A DNA stretch of 64,000 bases from Gnetum montanum (taxonomy: Eukaryota > Plantae > Gnetophyta): the NCBI GenBank assembly GCA_015680685.1, contig MNCI01000970.1:356125-420124 (forward strand), in the 5' to 3' direction. Shown here piece after piece: positions 38,287-51,711 of the stretch. A model generated the notes under the pieces. It made no database searches. It was given only the letters and a program-made list of their open reading frames with translations, and was not told the origin of the DNA. Both the position numbers and the translations under genes were made by a program. Position 1 is the stretch's first letter, and each line of letters starts with the position of its first letter.

Positions 38287-38629
38287 NNNNNNNNNNNNNN
38301 NNNNNNNNNNNNNNNNNNNNNNNNNNNNNNNNNNNNNNNNNNNNNNNNNNNNNNNNNNNNNNNNNNNNNNNNNNNNNNNNNNNNNNNNNNNNNNNNNNNN
38401 NNNNNNNNNNNNNNNNNNNNNNNNNNNNNNNNNNNNNNNNNNNNNNNNNNNNNNNNNNNNNNNNNNNNNNNNNNNNNNNNNNNNNNNNNNNNNNNNNNNN
38501 NNNNNNNNNNNNNNNNNNNNNNNNNNNNNNNNNNNNNNNNNNNNNNNNNNNNNNNNNNNNNNNNNNNNNNNNNNNNNNNNNNNNNNNNNNNNNNNNNNNN
38601 NNNNNNNNNNNNNNNNNNNNNNNNNNNNN
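38287..38629. other. Assembly gap (343 N) inside the 3' LTR of element B
   Basis: Run of N. Both flanks match the intact 5' LTR, which predicts about 550 nt here, so the gap is undersized. Confidence 0.95.
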
Positions 38630-40597
38630 TCTCATCATACCCCCATGACTGAATGAAAACTCGTCCTTGAGTTCCTTACAATGATATCAGGTAGGTATGG
38701 GATTATTGAGGGGAAATGGAACTAATGGAATGACATTTGAACGGTTCCTTATTACAAGACTTGACACAACTGGTGTTCATGACAACAAGGGTGAACACCT
38801 TATTACAATGACATCAGGCCACATTTGGCAGCGCAGAGAAAAGAGGAGAGAGAATAGAAGAGAAGAAGAGAGAAGAGTCTTGCTGCTGCCAACGCCTAGA
38901 TTGCGCCTTTCGTTGTCCATTCGTAAGCGCATTATCCATTCTACTCCTTGCATAGCGGCTTTAGCGCTGCCCATTCCAAATGTTTGCTCCAGATCCATTC
39001 CGTTGTTGTATGATTACCATCTGCACACACAACACAATCATATATTAGCAAGGGTAATTGAATCATTAAGTAAATAATACCTTGCTTCGATTTAGGTTCA
39101 TTGGCTAGGTTGTGGTATGGCTGATATGGATCGGGAAAAATGTAGATGATGACTACTGAAGGTGTAGGGGTTAAGGAGAAAAATGAAAAAATTTGGGGCT
39201 TAGGAGAAAAATCGAAAAAGCAGGCCCCGTACCCCCATGACTAATCGCGAACCTCCGGTAGTGTTAGAATGGAGAAAGAAAAGGAGTAAGAAAGATAGGT
39301 AAAAAGGGACAACGATGGCATCAGTGAAATGGATGTCAAGATGGAAATGAATGAAAAAATACAATTAATTGCAAAATGTTAAGACAAAGAAGTGAACTAA
39401 TGTTCCAAATAGGAATGTCAGTGGGTCCTCCCCAAAGTAGGCTCATGCCCTTAATGCCCTGACAATCCCACGTTCAAAGAGGCCGTAGGCTCTGGGAATG
39501 TCCTTTGGAACAAGAGTTAAAGTCTTAACCGCTAGAATTTACCAAAAAGAAAACAAAGCATCAACCAAAATATATGCACTAATGATACAACCGGCAATGA
39601 GGTAAATAGCGGAGAGAAGGATGAAAAGAAGAGGATGGAATGGAATCCCAAGAACAAGGTGGTGTACAGCCCCTTGTGTGTTGTATGATTAATGTGACTT
39701 GGCAAATCTCATTCCAACTCCGGCTCAAACCAACCACTTCCAGTGACTTCGCATCAATGCATTTGGCTAAATCACCCACTTGGATAACAAGGATGCATCT
39801 TCAAAGAGCCACCACCATTCCGACGAAACAAAGGAGAGAATGGGAAGCGAGAAGGGCCTTAGTTAGAGGGAACACTTTGGTTCCATAACTTGTGCTTGTA
39901 GCCCAAATTTTATTTCGTCTAAGGGGTGTGCTTTGAATCCTCACTTTGGTTTTTTTTTGTGTTTTATGTTTTTATGCGTGGGGACCACACCATGCAAAGA
40001 CTTCTTTATTTTTATTGTCTCAGCTTCCGAAGAATGGGTAACATCGGAACGGTAAGAAAACTCAAGAAGTAAACATCCAAGCACCCAAGTGAATGACCAA
40101 CACAAGAGCACCAAGTTCCCTTGAAGTCACACCCTTTGCAAGCCTTGAGTCCTTCCTTAGTTTGAGAAATACCCAGTCAACAGTTCGTTAAAGTTCTTAT
40201 TAGAAAAAAGGGGACTGTACATTTCCAAGCCAAGAAAAACCATAGACTCTGGTGGATGGATGGATGAAGTGATCTCATTGCCTGCCATATCAAAAGAAAC
40301 ATACCTTAGTATCAACAATGTAACTTAAAGGTAAAAACCAACATTAGCAATCAATATGAAACAGTTCATACCATCGGCCTGAACACTTATTGGGTGATGA
40401 ACTTACATGGTGGATGACACACACACACACACACAAAATAGAAAACAGTATAACGATGTTGTAAGACAAAAACAAGAAAAGTTAAAGGAATTTGTAAAAC
40501 AAAAATTAGAAAAGTTAAAGAAGTTTGTAAAACAAAACTGTGTAAAACAAAAACGTTGTAAAACAAAAACTGAAAAAGAACTGAGGGCCCCATATGG

Positions 40598-43500
40598 TTA
40601 GCATAGGTGGCCATCTCCCCCATGACTGAGTTGTAAGGGAGAGATCCGAAGTAATGAGCATTTGTTTGAATTTCTTAGAAGTGCCCAACTTCTCCCAATT
40701 GATGATCTTAAGTTAAGGGGTGGAAGTTGGCGACGCTCACGTTCCAATGTGTCTATGCCATGGTTGTTGGCATGAGTTTCCTCAGTTCGTTCCATGCATA
40801 TTTGTTTGCCCCTATGAGAAGCTGTCAACCACGGCGTGTCTACTACTTCTTGTGTGGTTGCTACATACAAGCATCTTTGTTGCAGAGTTTCTTGGGCACA
40901 CCTATTACATGGAGACATTTCCTCCATGTCATCACCCGATGAATGGAACTATCCTCTTCTCGATCTTTCCACATATGTTTATCTTAGAGATTTCCAAGGA
41001 AAGATCGCAGATCCTAAGGCATGCGTCTACTATGCTTAGCCATGCCCTTCCCATTATAATTGGGAAGTCCCCTTCATTGTTGTTAACATCGATCACTAGA
41101 AAATCCACTGGGTAGGACCAACCACACACACTGGTAATAACATCCTCCACTAATCCCAAGGGAATCGTGATAGACTGGTCCACCAACTCTAGTTGGATAT
41201 TGCTCTTCTTAAGTTGTGGCAGGTTCCAAGTGTGATACATCTTTCGTGAAATTAAGTTGACTCCGAAACCTGAATCAAGGAGAGCTCGATGTGGTACATT
41301 TCCAGCGATCTGCAAATAAATAAAGGGACTTCCAGGGTCAATTAGTTTCCTCGGAAGGTGGCCTACCTTGATCTAGTCAGTTACGGTATGTGTTAGCATA
41401 ACCATATGCGTTACACTCCTTTGGACTGAAGGGTGCTCCGAAGTGTTAGATGGTGGAGGCATGTACATGGCCTCAACTGCTTGTTGTTGCGAGATTTTTT
41501 CTGGGCTTTTGGTTCTGAAGTAAGGTCTTCTCTTTTTATAGTTGTCAAAACCATCAGTAGGTTGGATATTTATAGCTCTCGTAGCATGACATTGCTGCGG
41601 TTGAGGAGGAAGTTCCCCTTGCATTGTTGGAGCAGGAGGTGTTATGGGAACTACTTGACACAGAAGAGGTGCGGTTGGATTAGGAGGATGGTGTGGATAT
41701 GGAGTGTCTCCTGGAGGAGAAGGAGTCCTTCTGAAGTACTCCCAAGCTTGGTAGTGACGGTTGGGGGTTGCATGACCCATAGATTCACCTAGAGAAACTG
41801 GCTGCTACACATAATAACCGTAAGGATCAGGCTACCGGTAAGGGTATTGATGTGTTGGCGGTGGCATCCCCCATGACTGTGGGTATTGCCATTGCTGATG
41901 TTGTCCAATGGGCTATGGAGGCGTTCCACTTGGATAATATGTCAAGGGTTGGTGGAACTGCCTTGAGTTACCTTTTGGGTGAGGTAACCTTGGGGGTGTT
42001 TGCCATTGATTAAGTCTCGGATTTAGTGCATACACCCTAGACTGCTGCAGATGTGAGATAATTGGGCAACATCCCTTAGGATGGTCATAGTAGCAGACCT
42101 CACATCCCCTATCATTGTCTGAATCAGAATTTACAGCCTCATCGGAGATAGGAATTTTCCCCTTACCCTTGTTATGTGCACGGCTTAAGTTTCTCCGCTT
42201 AGTTTTGCCTTTATCACTACTTTGCTCAACCTTAGACTCTTCTACAATTTTCAAGACTGTTTCTATTTTAGAGTCTAAGGAACTCCATACATCGTCTACC
42301 TTAGCCGCTATTTCTGTTGTTAACTTTTGGATCGGCAAGGTTTTCCGGTTCACAAACTCTTCAATTGGTGACTCATCCTCCTCATCACAGAATTTCACTC
42401 CCTTCTTGCGAAGGGAGGGATCACGGTTGTATTCTTCTGCACTTTCTCTCTTCTGTGGCTCACCCTCTTCTTGCGCTACTTGTTCCAACAAGCTTTCAAC
42501 CTCATGGGCTCTCAGTTGGGAAAGTCTCCCTTGGGCGTAAGTCCCAAGAGTTCTTCTCGTTTCATTTCTTAGCCCATCCACGATGTGGCAAAGTTGATCC
42601 TGCTTAGCGTACCCATGGCCTAGGCAACGATGTAGCAGTGTATAGTAACGGGCCATGGCAGCATCCAAGGGTTCATAAGCACCTTGTTTCTAGCCTTGGA
42701 TCTACTTATGCAAGTTGGACACTCTGGAGTATGTTTGATATTTGTTGTTGAACAATTCGAGCATCGTACTCCACCTCCTGGTGGTTTCTGGTTCTAAGGA
42801 TCGGTACTAGCTCTCTACTTCTTTAATGAGTGTCCTTGGAAACAACTTAAGCTTCTATCACTTGCTATCAATATTCTACAAGGCACAGGCATCGTGGAAT
42901 GCCTGCAAATGATTTTTCGGATTAGCATTGTATCCCCCTTCAAATCGTGGGATATTGTTCATGTCTAATCACTTAATCTGACTGTCCTTTAAATGCCCTG
43001 TGGGAATCCTAACTGCCTCTGTTATGTTAAGCATTCTTCGGGTTGCGAGTAGGGGCTCGTCATGATCATCTCTTTCATGATGTCTATGATGTCTTCGTGG
43101 TTGTTCCCTACTCTCCCTATGTCCTTGCCCTTGTCCTAACTCCTCTCGACCTTCTTGTCGAGGTATTTCATCTTCCCTTTTACTTTTACCCTCTCCGTTA
43201 TGCTCACGATGGTTGTGCCCAGATGTGGAAGGAGAGTGTGAATGGTGAGATGAAGGAGAAGAAGAAGGGGATCCATCACCATGGCGATGTTTCTTACCTT
43301 CTCTTCGGCTGCTTCGGCCCTGATCGTTGTAACGATCTAAGTGTCCATCCTTAGTATGAGTGGTTGTTCCTGCCGTGAACAGTTGGTGCTCATAGGGATC
43401 AGAGCCTGTAGCATGTACAGTTGATCGAAGGCCCTGATGCTTAACCTCTTCACCAGAGTGAGGAGGAGGAACATCATTTTCTAAGAAACCCATTGTGAGG

Positions 43501-43916
43501 GGTTCCTCGTCTCCTATTTCACTAATGACATGGGGGACCTTGCCCTTCAACAGTGAATGTTGGCTCTCCTGCCTTGCGTCCCGAATACGTTGGGCATTTG
43601 TGGGATGATAATCCCTCATGTCATAATCATCCAGAACATATTCTGCGAACAGTTCTTGCATGCCAATCTGTGCTAAGGCATGGAAAAGCATGTTAGGGGC
43701 AGATCGATCTGGGGGTAACACAATGTTACCTTGTAGATCTCTGCATCGCAGTTGTTCATCTTGATGGAGAATAAAGGTAAAATCCGACACATACTCATCA
43801 GGATGAGTATATGTGACCTTGGATTGTTTAGGACATGGCTAGTCTGGGTTATGCGTATGATGCTGACTGTCTTCTGTATTGTCCTTAGGTGAGTTGATTT
43901 CGTGAGAAGAAGCCAT
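40598..43916 (-). pseudogene. Gag-protease polyprotein of element B, interrupted by stops and a frameshift
   Basis: ATG at 43916; His/Arg/Ser-rich N-terminal region; capsid-like IPRFEGGYNANPKNHLQAFHDAC..LKLFPRTL; knuckle CEVCYYDHPKGCC; protease LPRKLIDPGS..ALLDSGFGVNLIS..DFLVID..PIIMGRAWL; ends LSHGGDGHLC*. Confidence 0.88.
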
Positions 43917-46114
43917 TCTTATGGTGTGCTGTTTACCATTATTTATGTTCTTAATTAACTGATTAACCCAAAGGTTCATTGAGGCCCATAACGATGTGAG
44001 TGATATCCCTTATGTTCAATTGGCGAAAAAACACTTAGTCCCCAGCAACGGTGCCAATGATGAGTGGCGAGGTATCCCTACACTCAACCATATGAATACG
44101 AGTGTGTACGCACGATCCGGTCGAACTCCGCAGACTAAATGCCTTAACGCCATAAGGAACGCTTGGGCTTAATCGTTCGTTGTCTTCCTAGGCTTGCTTG
44201 TATGTGTCACGGTGTATGGTTAAGCAAGTCTGAGGTATATGATTTTTTTGGTATTTTTTCAGTTTATCTCCTAAGCTATGAGGGAAAGGGTTAAGAAACT
44301 AACTAACTCTAACTAATGTTCTAAGTCTAAATTAACTAGTGTTAGCATCCGTTCCCACTTACCGGACACACCCTGAACTATGCAACTGTGGCTACCAAAT
44401 GCTAATTGTTACTAGGATCACCACACGTAATGCAAGTGCTCGAAGTGCTTGTACTGAGGCACCGATTTAGCCTAAGTGTGATAAGTAGCCGATTCCTTGG
44501 CTAGCCGTACACACCCGTGGGTGCTCGTAGCCAAGTCGTACTTATCACACATTCTAGCCTAGCGATGAGTAGCCGATTCCTTGACCAGCCGTACACATTG
44601 GACTACCACTGGGATTACCAAGCGTAGATCCTGGAATATGCTACTGGGTTACCAAGCAGTCACTATGCTCGTAGTCAAGTCGTACTCACGTGTTGTGATG
44701 AGCAGCCGATTCCTTGATTAGCCGTACACATTCGTAGATGCTCGTAATGAATTCGTACTCTTGCGCACTAGGAAAGCAATAAATAATAACAAAACAAAAC
44801 CATGTACTGCAAGGTTTATCCAATCAAGTTCATCTTTATTGCCGTACACAACTTGTGTTCAGGTTACAAAGTTGCTCGAATAAAGAGCCGTTCACTCTAG
44901 GACTCCTATTGCGGGCACATGGGAAATTAATCTAACTCTGGAGTGTTCAAACTACCAGAGCTTCGCTACTTCTAGCCAGGATTGGGAAATGAAGGGAGTG
45001 CCGCCTCTTATTTATAGATATGGCGGCGGACCGCGATATCGCATGGAGAGACGTGATATCACGTACGCGATATCGCAGGGGATGCAATATCGCAGCGGCC
45101 GTGATATCGCGGCTTGTGCAATCTGCGTCTCATCATCCATGAACATAATGGAGGAATAATTTGATTGGAAATTGATGAGCCGCGATATCACGTCCGCCCC
45201 TGTGATATTGCATACGCGATATCGCAGCCCACTGCAATGTCTATAAATAAGAGGCGGATTTCCCTATTTTAGGCATCTAGACTTAAACCTTAGCCAAAAT
45301 ATTACAGTTTTACCATTCTAGAGTTAGAATAATTTCCATGTGCCCACAGTAGGAGTCCCCAAGTGAACGGATCTTTATTCGAGAAAATTGTACCTGAGCA
45401 CACATTTGTGTACGGCAATAAAGATGAACTTTCTGATAAACCTTGTAGCATGTGGACTAAGCTAAATAGGATTTAATTATTGTTAAATGTTTAATTGCTT
45501 TCCTAGATAATTAATCTCTCTTAACCCTTGACTCCCCTAGTTAAGTGCACTTAGTACGACCGCTTCGAGCACGTGTGTAACGCTTGGTAACTCAGTAACG
45601 AGTAGTGTTTGGTAATCCTAGTAGTGTTGCATTGGTTCAAGGTGTGTGCGGCAAGTGGGAATGAATGCTGGTGCTAGGAAAATTAGAACTTAGTTTGTGA
45701 ATAGTTAATGAAAGTTAGTCATTTAGTTCTCTTCACCTTTCCCATTTAGCATAGGCATTAAAAAGATAAAAGATATAAAAATCATACACCTAAAGCTTAC
45801 TTAACCATACAACCATGACAATAAAAGTAAGTTTGGGAAGACAACGATTGATTAACCTTAAGTATTCCATTAGGGCACATAAGAACTTAGTCCTTGGAGT
45901 TTGACCAAATCATGTGTGAGATGCTCGTATTCGTATGGTTGAGTGTAGGGGTACCTCGCCACTCATCATTGGTGCCATTGTCGGGGACTTAGTTGTTTGT
46001 GCGCTACGTAGAACATAGAAGATCATTCACATTGTTGGGACACTAGAACGAACCCTTAGGGTTGATCAAAAGAAAAATAAGATAATGATAAATAGCACAC
46101 CGAACAAGACAAAA

Positions 46115-49100
46115 ATGTCTTCTTCTTTGCACAAAAGCACTTCACAGCCTAGGACCAACACTAGAGACAGTCGGCGGAACAACACATGTAACCAAGATCC
46201 GCCAGTTCCTCAACAATTCCATGTTGTATATATTCATCACAATGAATATGTACCTGACTTTACCTTTATTCTCCATCAAGATGAACAATTGCGTTGGAGA
46301 GACTTAGAGGGTAACATAGTGTTGCCTCCAGACTGAGTAGTCCCCAACATGCTCCTTCATGCTCTTGCACAAATAGGCATGTCATAGTTGTACACAGAGT
46401 ACGTTGCATGCGACCATGACACCAGGGACTAACACCCCAAAGAAGCGCAACATCAAAAGGACTTACAATAGGAGAGATATTATACATCGTGGAAGGGCAA
46501 AAGACCCCATAACGCTCCACCCGTCTTAAGCAAAATTGAGGATGATGAACTTATTTCAATAGGTTCTCCAAAAAATGATGTTCCCCCTCCTAACGATAAT
46601 GAGGAGGTGGTATATCAGAACCTTCACTCCACGATTCACAATCCTGGTTCTGATCCCCACGAACACCAAGTGTTCAATGAGGGAACACAAACACATGATA
46701 AGGATGGGCAGTCTGATCGTAATCACGATCGAGGCTGAGACCACCGAAGAGAAGGTAGGAAACATCGTCATGGTGATGGTTCTCCTTCTTCTTCACCTTC
46801 ATCATCACATTCACCCTCTCCTTTGGTATCAAGACGCAGTCATAAGGAACCTAACCGTAAGGATAAGGGTAAGCAAAATGAGAAACCTCGACGAGAGGGT
46901 CGAGAGCAAGGACGAGGGCACTCTAGAGAATCGTGGCATGGAAGAAGGGAAAGTAGGGAACCACGTAGACATCATAGAAGCTATGAAAGAAATGACCACA
47001 AAGAACCCCTACTTGCAACCTGAAGCATGTTAGACATCATAGAGGCCGTAAGAATTCCTAAAAGGCATCAAAAAGATAGCAGGATCAAGAGGTTAGACAT
47101 GAACAATATCCCACGATTTGAGGGGGGATACAATGCTGATCGTCAAAACCACTTACAAGAATTTCATGATGCATGTGCCTTGCAGAACATTGAGAATGAA
47201 TGGCAAAAGCTAAAGTTGTTCCCAAGGACACTAGTAAAAGAAGCGGAAAGCTGGTATTGATCCTTAAAATTGGAATCCATTCGAAGGTGGAGTATGATGC
47301 TAGAACTATTTAACAATAAGTACCAAACATACTCCCAGGTGTCCAACTTGCGAAAGAAAATCTAAGGATGGAAGCAGGGAACTCATAAACCCTTGGATGC
47401 TACCTAGGGCCAATACTATGCACTGTTACATCGTTGCCTGGGCCATGGTTACTCGCAACAGGATCAACTATGCCATCTCGTAGATGGAGTTAGGCATGAA
47501 ACCAGGAGAACCCTTGGAACATATGCCCAAGGGAGATTATCAAAGCTTAGGTCCCATCAAGTTCATAGATTTTTGGAGCAAGTAGCTAAGGAAAAAGGGG
47601 AGCTACATAAGAGAGAAAGTGAGGAAGAGTATAATCGTGATCCTTCCCTCCGAAAAAGGGCAGTGAGATTCCATGAGGAGGAGGAAGAGTCACCACTCGA
47701 GGAGATGGTGAATAGGAAAACCTTGCCGCTCCAAAAATTAACAACAGAAGTGTCGAAAAAGGTAGACCAAATGTGGGACTCCCTAGATAGTAGATTTGAA
47801 ACCATTCTTAAAATTGTAGAGGAATCTAAGGAGCGAGGTAGTGACTATGATAAAAAGAAAAAGAGGGATTTGGATCATGCACGTAACAAAGGTAAGGGTA
47901 AAATGGCCATCATCGAAGTGGTTGTGGATTCTGATATGGACAATGACGGTCGATGTGAGATATGCCAGTATGATCATCCTAAGGGATGTTGCCCAGTAAT
48001 CTCACATCTGCAAGAGTCTAGGGTGTATGCACTTAACCCAGAACTTAACAAATGGCAAGCACCCTGACGGTTACCTTATCCCCAAGGTAACCCAAGGCAG
48101 TTCCAACAACCATTAATGTATTATCCAAGTGGAACTCTGCCACAATCTATTGAGCAACACTAGCAGTGGCAATACCCATAGTCATGGGGGATGCCACTGC
48201 CAAGGCAATAATACCCTTACTGACAACCAGATCCATATGGCTACTACATGCAGCAGCCAATCTCTCCACGTGACTTGGTTGGTCACATGACACCATAATG
48301 TCACTACCAAGCTTGGGAGTTTTATAGGACTCCTTATCCTAGGAGAGACAACCCACAGACATACCATCCTCCGAACCCATTTGCAACTCTCACACCAATA
48401 GCTCCATTACCACCCGCTCTAGCAATGCAAGGGGAACTCCCCACTCAACCGCAACAACACAATGCTACAAGAGCTGTAAACCTTCAACCCATTGCTAGTT
48501 TTGACAACTGTACAAAGAGAAGACCTTTCTTCAGAACCAACAGCCCAACCAAGCTCTCACAACCAGAAGCAGTTGAGCCTCTGAACGCTTCTCCATCAAA
48601 TAAGGCTTCAGAGCTCCCTTGAAACCAAAAATAGAGCTCAACGCACACGGTTATGTTAACACAGGCCATCACTGGTTGGATTAAGGAGGGACACCTTCCT
48701 AGGAAATTCTCTGACCCTGGAAGCTCTTTAATCTATCTCCAAGTCATTGGGAATGAACCATGTAAAGCTCTTCTAGACTCAGGTTCTGGAGTCAACTTAA
48801 TATCACAAGAGATGTATAAAGCCTAGGACCTACCTCCACTAAAGAAGAGCAATATTCACTTAGAGCTGGCTGACTAGTCCATCACTGTTCCTTTGGGACT
48901 AGTGGAGGACATCATTCCCATTGTGTGTGGGTGGTCATACCTGGCTGATTTCCTAGTGATACAAGTAAACAATGGTAAAGGGGACTTCCTAATAATAATG
49001 GGAAGGGTACGGCTAAGTACCATAAACACATGCCTAGGAATCCGTGATCTTTCCATGGAAATATCTAAGGAAAACACTTTTGGGAAGATGGAGAGGAAGA

Positions 49101-49582
49101 AAGTTCCATGCATCACATACAGTGATATAAGGTGTGATTGCGAACAGGAATGTTCAACATTGCCTGCATGCAACTGGTGTGCCCAAGAAATTAACATACA
49201 CAAGAGCCTGTATGTAGCAACCACACAACAAGAAAACACCTAGTGGTTGATAGCTGATCAGGAGAGCAACCCACCAACATGCATGGAACTAACTGGGGGA
49301 ACAACTTGCATCCATGTTGAAAGCATAGATGCATTGGAGTAAGAGTGTTGCCAACTTCCAACCCTTAACCTGAAAACATCAATAGGGGAAAGCTGGAAAT
49401 TTCCAAAAACTTCAAACAAACGCTTTGATAAAAGATCATTAGTCAATGTGCCACAGACCAAACCTTACCATGAATCTAGAATAGTTAATGCACATAACAC
49501 ATCAGAGAAAGGATGACCTCGCTCATTATTTTGGATCTTCACCTTCCAACTTAGTCATGGAGGAGATGGCCACCTATGCTGA
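46115..49582 (+). pseudogene. Gag-protease polyprotein of element C, interrupted
   Basis: IPRFEGGYNADRQNHLQEFHDACALQNIENEWQKLKLFPRTLVKEAESWY; CEICQYDHPKGCC; LPRKFSDPGS..ALLDSGSGVNLIS; DFLVIQV..IIMGR; Cys-rich tail CDCEQECSTLPACNWC; ends LSHGGDGHLC*. Confidence 0.88.
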
Positions 49583-51711
49583 TCAATCAAGGCCCTTAGT
49601 TCCTTTTTAAGTTTCTTTTTACACATTTTTGTTTTGCAAATTTCTTTAACTTTTCTTGTTTTTGTTTTGCAACATCGTTCATACTTTTTCATTTAGTTGT
49701 GTGTTTATTTATTTTGTTAAGTTTGTCACCTAATAAGTGCTCTTGAAGATGGTATGAACTGTATTCCATTGATTGCTAATGTTTGGTTTTTATCTTTGAG
49801 TTATGATGTTGATAATAAGGTATGGTTCTTTTGATATAACAAGCAATGAGTCCATGTCATCCATGCATCCATGAATTTCTATGATCTCTCTTGGCTTGGA
49901 ACTATACAGTCCCTTTTTTTCCATAATAAGAACTATCAATGAATCAGTGACTGGGAATTTCTCAAACTAAGGAAGGACTCAAGGATTGAAAACGGTGTGA
50001 CTTCAAGGGGATTTGATGCATTCGTACTGGCCATTCTCTTGGGCGCTTGGATGTTTTCTTCTTGAGTTTTCCTTACCATTTTGATGATTGATCCATTATT
50101 GGGAAGTTGAGCTAATAAAAATAATAAGTCTTTGCATGATGTGGTTCTCACACAAAAAAAAAAAAAAGATGAGAATTCAAAGCACACCCCTTAGAAAAAA
50201 TAATCATTTGGGATACAAGCATTGGTTATGGAACTAAACAAACATGTTCCCTCTAACTAAGGCCCTTTCTCACTTCCTACTTTCTCTTTTCTCGTTTCGT
50301 CAAAATGGTCGTGACTTTTTGGCGGAAGCACTCTCGTTACTTCAAGGGGATGGATTGGCCAAATGTATTAATGCAAAGTCACTAGATGTGGATTGTCTGA
50401 GCCTAGATTTGGAATGAGATCTACTAAGTCACATTAACCATTAATACACAAGGGGTTGAACACCACCTTGTTCTTGAGACTCCATTCCATTCTCTTCTTT
50501 CCATCATTCTTTTTCCATTTTTCACCTCATTGCCAGTTGTATCAATAGTCTATATTTTGGTTGATGCATTGTTTTCTTTTTTATAAATTCTTGTGGTTAA
50601 GACTTTAACTCTTGTTTCCAAATGACATTTCCAGAGCCTATGGACTCTTTGAATGCGGGATTGTCAGGGCATTAAGGGCATGAGCCTGCTTTGGGGAGGA
50701 CCCACTAGCATTCCTATTTGGTCCATCTGTTAATTTCTTTTCCTTAAACATTTTTTTTGAATCAACTTTTATTTTGTTTATTTCCATCCCTGACATCCAT
50801 TTTATTGGCATTATCATTGTTTCTTTTTCTCCATCTTCCTTATTCCTTATTCTTTTTCTCCATTCTTTCACTACTAAAGGTTCGCTCTTAGTCATGGGGG
50901 TCCTAGTCGAATTTTTTCAATTTTCTCCTAACCTCTACACCTTTGGTAGTCACTAGTTTATACCTCCAAAATATGCATTAGCCAAATCACAACTCAGCCA
51001 ATGGACCTTACACTGAGGCAAGGTATCAACTACATTGTGATTCATTTACCCTTGCTAATATAAGACTATGTCGTGTGTGCAGATGGAAATCATACACCAA
51101 TGGATTGGATCTGGAGGGAACACTTGGAATGGTGTTGGAGCAGTTATGCAAGGAACAAGATTGATGGCGTGGTTATGGATGGACAACGGAAGGTGCAATC
51201 TTGGCATTGGTAGTAGCATACTTCTTCTTTTCTCTCTCACTTCTCTCTCAGCTACCAAACAAGGCTAGATGTCAAATGTGTATAGTGTTCACTCTTGTTG
51301 TCATAAACACTAATTTTGTCATGTATTGTAATGATGATCCATTCACATGTCACCCCATTCACCATTAGTATCATTCAAGTCAATAATCCCATACCTTCCC
51401 AATATTTTGTAAGGAACTCGAGGACAAGTTTTCATTCAATCATTGGGGTATGATGAGTTGCGATATTGTGTACGCGATATCACGTCCACCCCTGTGATAT
51501 CGTGTATGCGATATTATAGCCCGCTGCAATGTCTATAAATAAGAGGCGGCTTTCCTTGTTTTAGACATCTAGACTTAGACCTTAGCCAAACTATAGTAGT
51601 TTTACCATTCCAAAGTTAGAATAATTTCCATGTGCCCGCAGTAGGAATCCCCAAGTGAACAGATCTTTATTCGAGCAAATTGTACTTGAGCACACATTTG
51701 TGTACGACAAT

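Larger units (their letters stand above)
37771..45135 (-). mobile_element. Full-length non-autonomous Athila-like LTR element B (Gag+protease only): 5' LTR 44058-45135, PBS 44039-44056, PPT about 38638-38648, 3' LTR 37771-38637 (contains the N gap)
   Basis: TSD TCCAT (37766-37770, 45136-45140). The two LTRs align with mostly transition mismatches. PBS TGGCACCGTTGCTGGGGA is a decayed form of the tRNA-Asp-complementary TGGCGCCGTTGCCGGGGA typical of Athila. PPT-LTR junction CATGGGGGTA|TGATGAG. Confidence 0.93.

Noticed and set aside
38267-38652. Two ~124-aa ORFs made of X
   Set aside because: Artefacts of the N gap.
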